NCBI GenBank assembly: GCA_047946875.1
Contig: CP181398.1
Location: 207,154 to 271,153, forward strand
DNA length: 64,000 nucleotides
Reading direction: 5' to 3'
Source of the DNA: Candidatus Kerfeldbacteria bacterium
GTDB lineage: Bacteria > Patescibacteriota > Patescibacteriia > UBA10025 > JAHIVO01
The position numbers and the translations under genes were made by a program. Below, in pieces: positions 59,994 to 64,000 of this stretch. The notes below the pieces were generated by a model. It was not told the origin of the DNA and ran no database searches. It saw only the letters and a list, made by a program, of their open reading frames with translations. The stretch's first letter is position 1. Each line of letters begins with the position of its first letter.

Positions 59994-62852
59994 ATGACAT
60001 TTACAAATTTAATATTATTATTTGCTGTATTAATAAATTTAATTATTGGAATAATAATATTTTTTAAAAATAATAAAAATCAAGTTAATCGGTCATTTTT
60101 ATTATTTATTATTGGAATTGTTGGTTGGATTTTAACTATTTTCTTTATTCAATATAATCAAAGTCTATTATTAGGTAAATTAGCTTTTGTATTTTCATCT
60201 TTAATGACTGCAAGTTTTTTATTTTTTTGTATTACATTTAAATCAAAGAGAAAAAAAATAAAATTTGTTTATTTATTACTTGTTTATTTGCCGGTCATTA
60301 TTTTTATTGTTAGTTTACCAACAAATTTTTTAGTTAAAGAAATTATTGATGTACACGGTATTCAAATTGAAGGGGTGAGGGGAATAGGTTATCCAATATT
60401 TTCAATTACTTTTTTTCTAGAATTATTGATGGGTTTCTATTTTTTGATTAAAAATTTTAAAGAATCAAGTGGAGTTTTTAAGATTCAATTAAGATACGTA
60501 TTTTTTGGAACTATACTTTTTGCATTTTTTGGTTCAATGACAAATATCATATTGCCATTACTTGGTTTGTCTCAATTTAATGGAATTGGTCCTTCATTTT
60601 CTGTTTTTATGGTAATTTTTATTGCTTATGCAATTGTAAAACATAAATTACTTGACATAAGGTTAATCGTACTGAGAACAATTTCTTATTCGTTAATTGT
60701 GTTATTCATTTCATCAGCAGTAGTTGGATTAGCAATATTATTACCAGAGGCAGTTGACGCAAATAATGTGGTGAAATCTTTAATAGCAATTGTTGTGTCA
60801 GTATTAATTGTACTTATTTTAGACCCTCTCAAAAAGGGTATCGCAAGAATAACTGATAGGTTATTTTTTAAAGCAAGTGTAGATTATAAAAAATTATTAG
60901 CAGATCTATCTCAAATTATAAATCGTGAGATTGATATGGATAGGTTACTTTTTTTAATGTCCAAGAAACTTGAAAAAGAGATAAAATTAAAGAATGTGAG
61001 TATTTATTTAGTTGGTAGTATTGGAGGGGCTTTTTATAAACGTAAAGGTAGGGTTGATAAAGATGGTAAGAAAATAACATTAGGTAATACTCATGAAATG
61101 AATGACACTGATGAGCATGATTTTAAGAGTAGAATTTCACATGATAATCCTTTGATAGAATATTTAAATGAATCGCAGGATATTATTGTACTTGAAGCAC
61201 TGGAAAGAAAAATAGAAGATACTCAAGATGACAAGCATAGAAAAAAGTTAGAATTATCAAAGAAATCACTAGATGAGTTAGATGCTGGAGTAGTCGCCCC
61301 AGTAAATGTTGGTAATAGTCTTAATGCTATTATGGTCTTCGGACCGAAACTTTCTGGTGATCCGTTTGGTAGTGAAGATATAGAATTATTTAAACTAATC
61401 GGACCACAGTTATCTTCAGCATTAGAGAAATCACGTCTGTATGATGAAGCGAAACAATTTACAGAAAGATTAAAAAAAGAAGTTGCTTTGGCTACAGAGC
61501 ATATGCGCAGTACCAATGTCCAACTCCAAGAACGTAATAGATTTTTATCAGCTTTACAAAAAGTTACATCTTTAATGACTCAGACTTTGGATTTCAATAA
61601 AGTTACGCAATCAATCGCTGATAGTATCTCTACCGAGCTTGGATATCTTGGAGGGATAGTTATGTTCCTAGGTAAAGATAGACATAAATTATTTCCTGAT
61701 GCGGTTACTGAGACGCCAATGATTAAAAAAGCTTTGAAATTATTACCAAAACCTTATACAGAATTTTATGGTGATTATCGTAAAGACAAAAGTAGGACTA
61801 TCACCGCTATTAAAGATGGTAAAGTGCAGATAGGACATGATCTTAATGATTTTATCGGTCCTGCTGTGCCTAAGTTAGTTAGTAAAGCTATCCAAAAATT
61901 AGTTGGTGTTAAAACAATAGTTGCAATACCAATTTTCTCTGAGAAGAAAGCAATTGGTGTAATAGATTTTTTACTTAAAGATGAAGCTGATGAAATAAGA
62001 GAAACGGATTTATCAATCATGAAAGCCTTAGCTAATCAAACGGGGATTGTGTCTAGAAATATTGAATTATACAAACAGGTTCAAGACTCGAACAAAGAAT
62101 TAGCTGAAGCTAATGTTCACTTGCAACAGCTAGATCAATCTAAGTCAGAATTTGTATCTATCACTTCTCATCAATTACGTACACCGATGACAGGAATAAT
62201 GGGTTATCTGTCTATGATTTTGCAAGGGGACTTCGGTAAGGTACCAAAAGAACAAAATGAGGTTTTGACAAATCTATTAGAAGAATCACAACGCATGATT
62301 AGAATTATTAATTTATTCCTAAATGTTAGTAAGATTGAATCAGGTAAAATGGAATTAAATCTAGAAGAAGTTCAGATAGAGGACGTAGTAACAAAAGTTA
62401 TTGCCATGGTCCAACAACCTGCTGATGAAAAAGGATTGAAATTAATTTATAATAAACCGGCGAAACCATTAGCTAAAGTCTGGGGAGACAAAGATAAGCT
62501 TGGTGATATTGTTTTAAACTTTACTGATAATGCTATCAAATATACTGAGAAGGGAACTATTACTCTGACTACGAAGGTAGAAGGAGATTATATGCATTTT
62601 GCAGTTAAGGATACTGGTCGTGGTCTTGATAAAGCAGAAGCAAAGAAATTGTTTACAAAGTTTGTTCGTGGTTATGGTATTGCTCAAGTTAATCCAGATG
62701 GATCAGGATTGGGTTTGTATGTAGCTAGAAGGTTGGCAGAAGCTCACAAAGGAGAAATTTGGGTAGAATCAGACGGCGTTGGTAAAGGTTCAATTTTTCA
62801 AGTGAAAATACCATTGGCTAATGGTCAAAAGGTAGTAAAACCGAAAAAATAA
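59994..62852 (+). CDS. Sensor histidine kinase: HisKA_7TM-GAF-GAF-HisKA-HATPase
   Basis: About 9 TMs, YAIVKHKLLDI, SHQLRTP, DNAIKYT, DTGRG, GSGLGL. Confidence 0.93.
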   Translation: MTFTNLILLFAVLINLIIGIIIFFKNNKNQVNRSFLLFIIGIVGWILTIFFIQYNQSLLLGKLAFVFSSLMTASFLFFCITFKSKRKKIKFVYLLLVYLPVIIFIVSLPTNFLVKEIIDVHGIQIEGVRGIGYPIFSITFFLELLMGFYFLIKNFKESSGVFKIQLRYVFFGTILFAFFGSMTNIILPLLGLSQFNGIGPSFSVFMVIFIAYAIVKHKLLDIRLIVLRTISYSLIVLFISSAVVGLAILLPEAVDANNVVKSLIAIVVSVLIVLILDPLKKGIARITDRLFFKASVDYKKLLADLSQIINREIDMDRLLFLMSKKLEKEIKLKNVSIYLVGSIGGAFYKRKGRVDKDGKKITLGNTHEMNDTDEHDFKSRISHDNPLIEYLNESQDIIVLEALERKIEDTQDDKHRKKLELSKKSLDELDAGVVAPVNVGNSLNAIMVFGPKLSGDPFGSEDIELFKLIGPQLSSALEKSRLYDEAKQFTERLKKEVALATEHMRSTNVQLQERNRFLSALQKVTSLMTQTLDFNKVTQSIADSISTELGYLGGIVMFLGKDRHKLFPDAVTETPMIKKALKLLPKPYTEFYGDYRKDKSRTITAIKDGKVQIGHDLNDFIGPAVPKLVSKAIQKLVGVKTIVAIPIFSEKKAIGVIDFLLKDEADEIRETDLSIMKALANQTGIVSRNIELYKQVQDSNKELAEANVHLQQLDQSKSEFVSITSHQLRTPMTGIMGYLSMILQGDFGKVPKEQNEVLTNLLEESQRMIRIINLFLNVSKIESGKMELNLEEVQIEDVVTKVIAMVQQPADEKGLKLIYNKPAKPLAKVWGDKDKLGDIVLNFTDNAIKYTEKGTITLTTKVEGDYMHFAVKDTGRGLDKAEAKKLFTKFVRGYGIAQVNPDGSGLGLYVARRLAEAHKGEIWVESDGVGKGSIFQVKIPLANGQKVVKPKK

Positions 62853-62912
62853 GTTTAGTAATATCTAGAATTTTAATTCAAGTAGTTTTTTGGTATATAT
62901 AATAAGTAGTTA

Positions 62913-62966
62913 TTGACATTTGTTTAAGTAGATGGTAAATTATTTAGAAAATTAGCTCTTTGAAAA
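62913..62966 (+). promoter_or_regulatory. Promoter plus boxA-like motif
   Basis: TTGACA-17-TAAATT, then GCTCTTTGAAAA. Confidence 0.5.
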
Positions 62967-63000
62967 TTAAATATGATATATAAAGAAATGAGGAATAATT

Positions 63001-64000
63001 ATGTCACTTCGAGTCGCAGCAATAGCTGCACCAGGTTATCTGAGAGGACGACCTGCGGGTACCACATTAGCCAGTAAAGATCCAGCAAGTCTATATAATG
63101 CTTGTCGGTATGCTGCTCATTTAGCAGATAATAGTACTGGTTTATGGGGAGATAGTAATTGGGCAGACGGCAGAAAGTCGAGACGCTCATCAGTGCTATT
63201 ATTAAATTCTTTGCAGGAAGATATGCAGGAATTTGAAGAAATGTTATTACGTGTTAAGCCTAATTTGCTTTTGATCGGTTCGATGACTTTATGTCTTCTT
63301 GGAGCGGTTGAATGTGCAAAAAAAGCTAGAGAAATGTTTGGCGATCAGATATGTATAGTTCTTGGTGGTAAGCATGTTAATGAGTCAGTTTATATTGATC
63401 AAGGAACTGGTCAGATTACTCATCATGTTAGCTCACCATTACGTTTGGTGGCTGATGGTCATATAGATAATATTTTTGATCTTGTAATTGCTGGTGAAGG
63501 GGAATATGTAATTGCTAAAATTGGAATGGTTGTCAGCATGCTTGATAAAAGAAAATCATCATTAGCTGATATAAAAAAATCATTATATTATCTTTCTCAA
63601 GCTCAAGGTAATTATATTATTGGCACGGTTGTTAATAATGATATAAGAGTTGTCCAGAGTAGAGGATTACCAATTGATAGAAACACATTACCGTCACCAA
63701 GTAGTATGTTTGGTATACAAACATCGTTTGATATATACCCTGGCACCAAAACTGCTCATGTTTTTAGTGATACTGGTGGTGGATGTGTTTTGAATTGTGA
63801 TTGGTGTAGTGAGTGCCTTTTGGTAAATGGTTCACTCAAGCAAGTGAACACTAGTGCTAATCGGTTGTATAGGCAATTGCAAAGTGCGATAGAAGTAGTT
63901 AGTCATGATAGTCCTGGTTATAAAACTAGTGCATTTGTTGAAGACTCAATAATGTTGGCTTCAAGTCCCAGACAGTTAAAGATGTTTTCGACTTTATTAG
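63001..64000 (+). CDS. B12-binding radical SAM protein (3' truncated; not in the ORF track)
   Basis: Open frame from ATG 63001 to window end: KPNLLLIGSMT, IVLGGKH, IAGEGE, GCVLNCDWC (CxxxCxxC), FVEDS. Confidence 0.88.
   Translation, partial: MSLRVAAIAAPGYLRGRPAGTTLASKDPASLYNACRYAAHLADNSTGLWGDSNWADGRKSRRSSVLLLNSLQEDMQEFEEMLLRVKPNLLLIGSMTLCLLGAVECAKKAREMFGDQICIVLGGKHVNESVYIDQGTGQITHHVSSPLRLVADGHIDNIFDLVIAGEGEYVIAKIGMVVSMLDKRKSSLADIKKSLYYLSQAQGNYIIGTVVNNDIRVVQSRGLPIDRNTLPSPSSMFGIQTSFDIYPGTKTAHVFSDTGGGCVLNCDWCSECLLVNGSLKQVNTSANRLYRQLQSAIEVVSHDSPGYKTSAFVEDSIMLASSPRQLKMFSTLL

Overview
AT-rich bacterial chromosome segment read with standard code 11 (TGA is used as stop). Gene content (archaeal-type pyrH, HQLRTP-type kinase, short TsaB, DUF11/CAP/DUF5667 proteins) suggests a Patescibacteria/CPR genome; this is an inference. 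Layout: 1-9 kb repair/housekeeping genes (rarA 3' end, RAYT transposase, two NUDIX, NatAB-like ABC, mutM, uppP). 9-26 kb minus-strand surface-protein cluster (Ig and CAP proteins, three LPxTG proteins including a 2336-aa adhesin, a SipW-LTD fusion, a TasA-like protein). 26-43 kb core genes (pcm, manC, mltG, pyrH, rplJL, tsaB, dinB-like, lexA, mraZ-rsmH-ftsL-ftsI-murF). 43-48 kb a frameshifted alpha-2-macroglobulin. 50-64 kb a signalling cluster ending in a partial B12 radical SAM gene absent from the ORF track. No rRNA, tRNA or CRISPR array was seen. Best leads: (1) the alpha-2-macroglobulin lacks its thioester Cys but carries an intact Hint/mini-intein in the bait region. (2) A LuxI/FeeM-like synthase is paired with a 7TM-GAF kinase, near two kinase-less 7TM-GAF receptors, two degenerate enzymes, a shared DNA motif and candidate sRNAs. 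(3) Small GIY-YIG genes abut dispersed GTC-tagged palindromes, and one is flanked by an 80-bp all-synonymous duplication of the upstream gene's 3' end. (4) A REP doublet sits in-frame inside its own RAYT gene. (5) The candidate lexA promoter is separated from lexA by an antisense gene. All family calls come from motif recognition by eye; no database searches were run.
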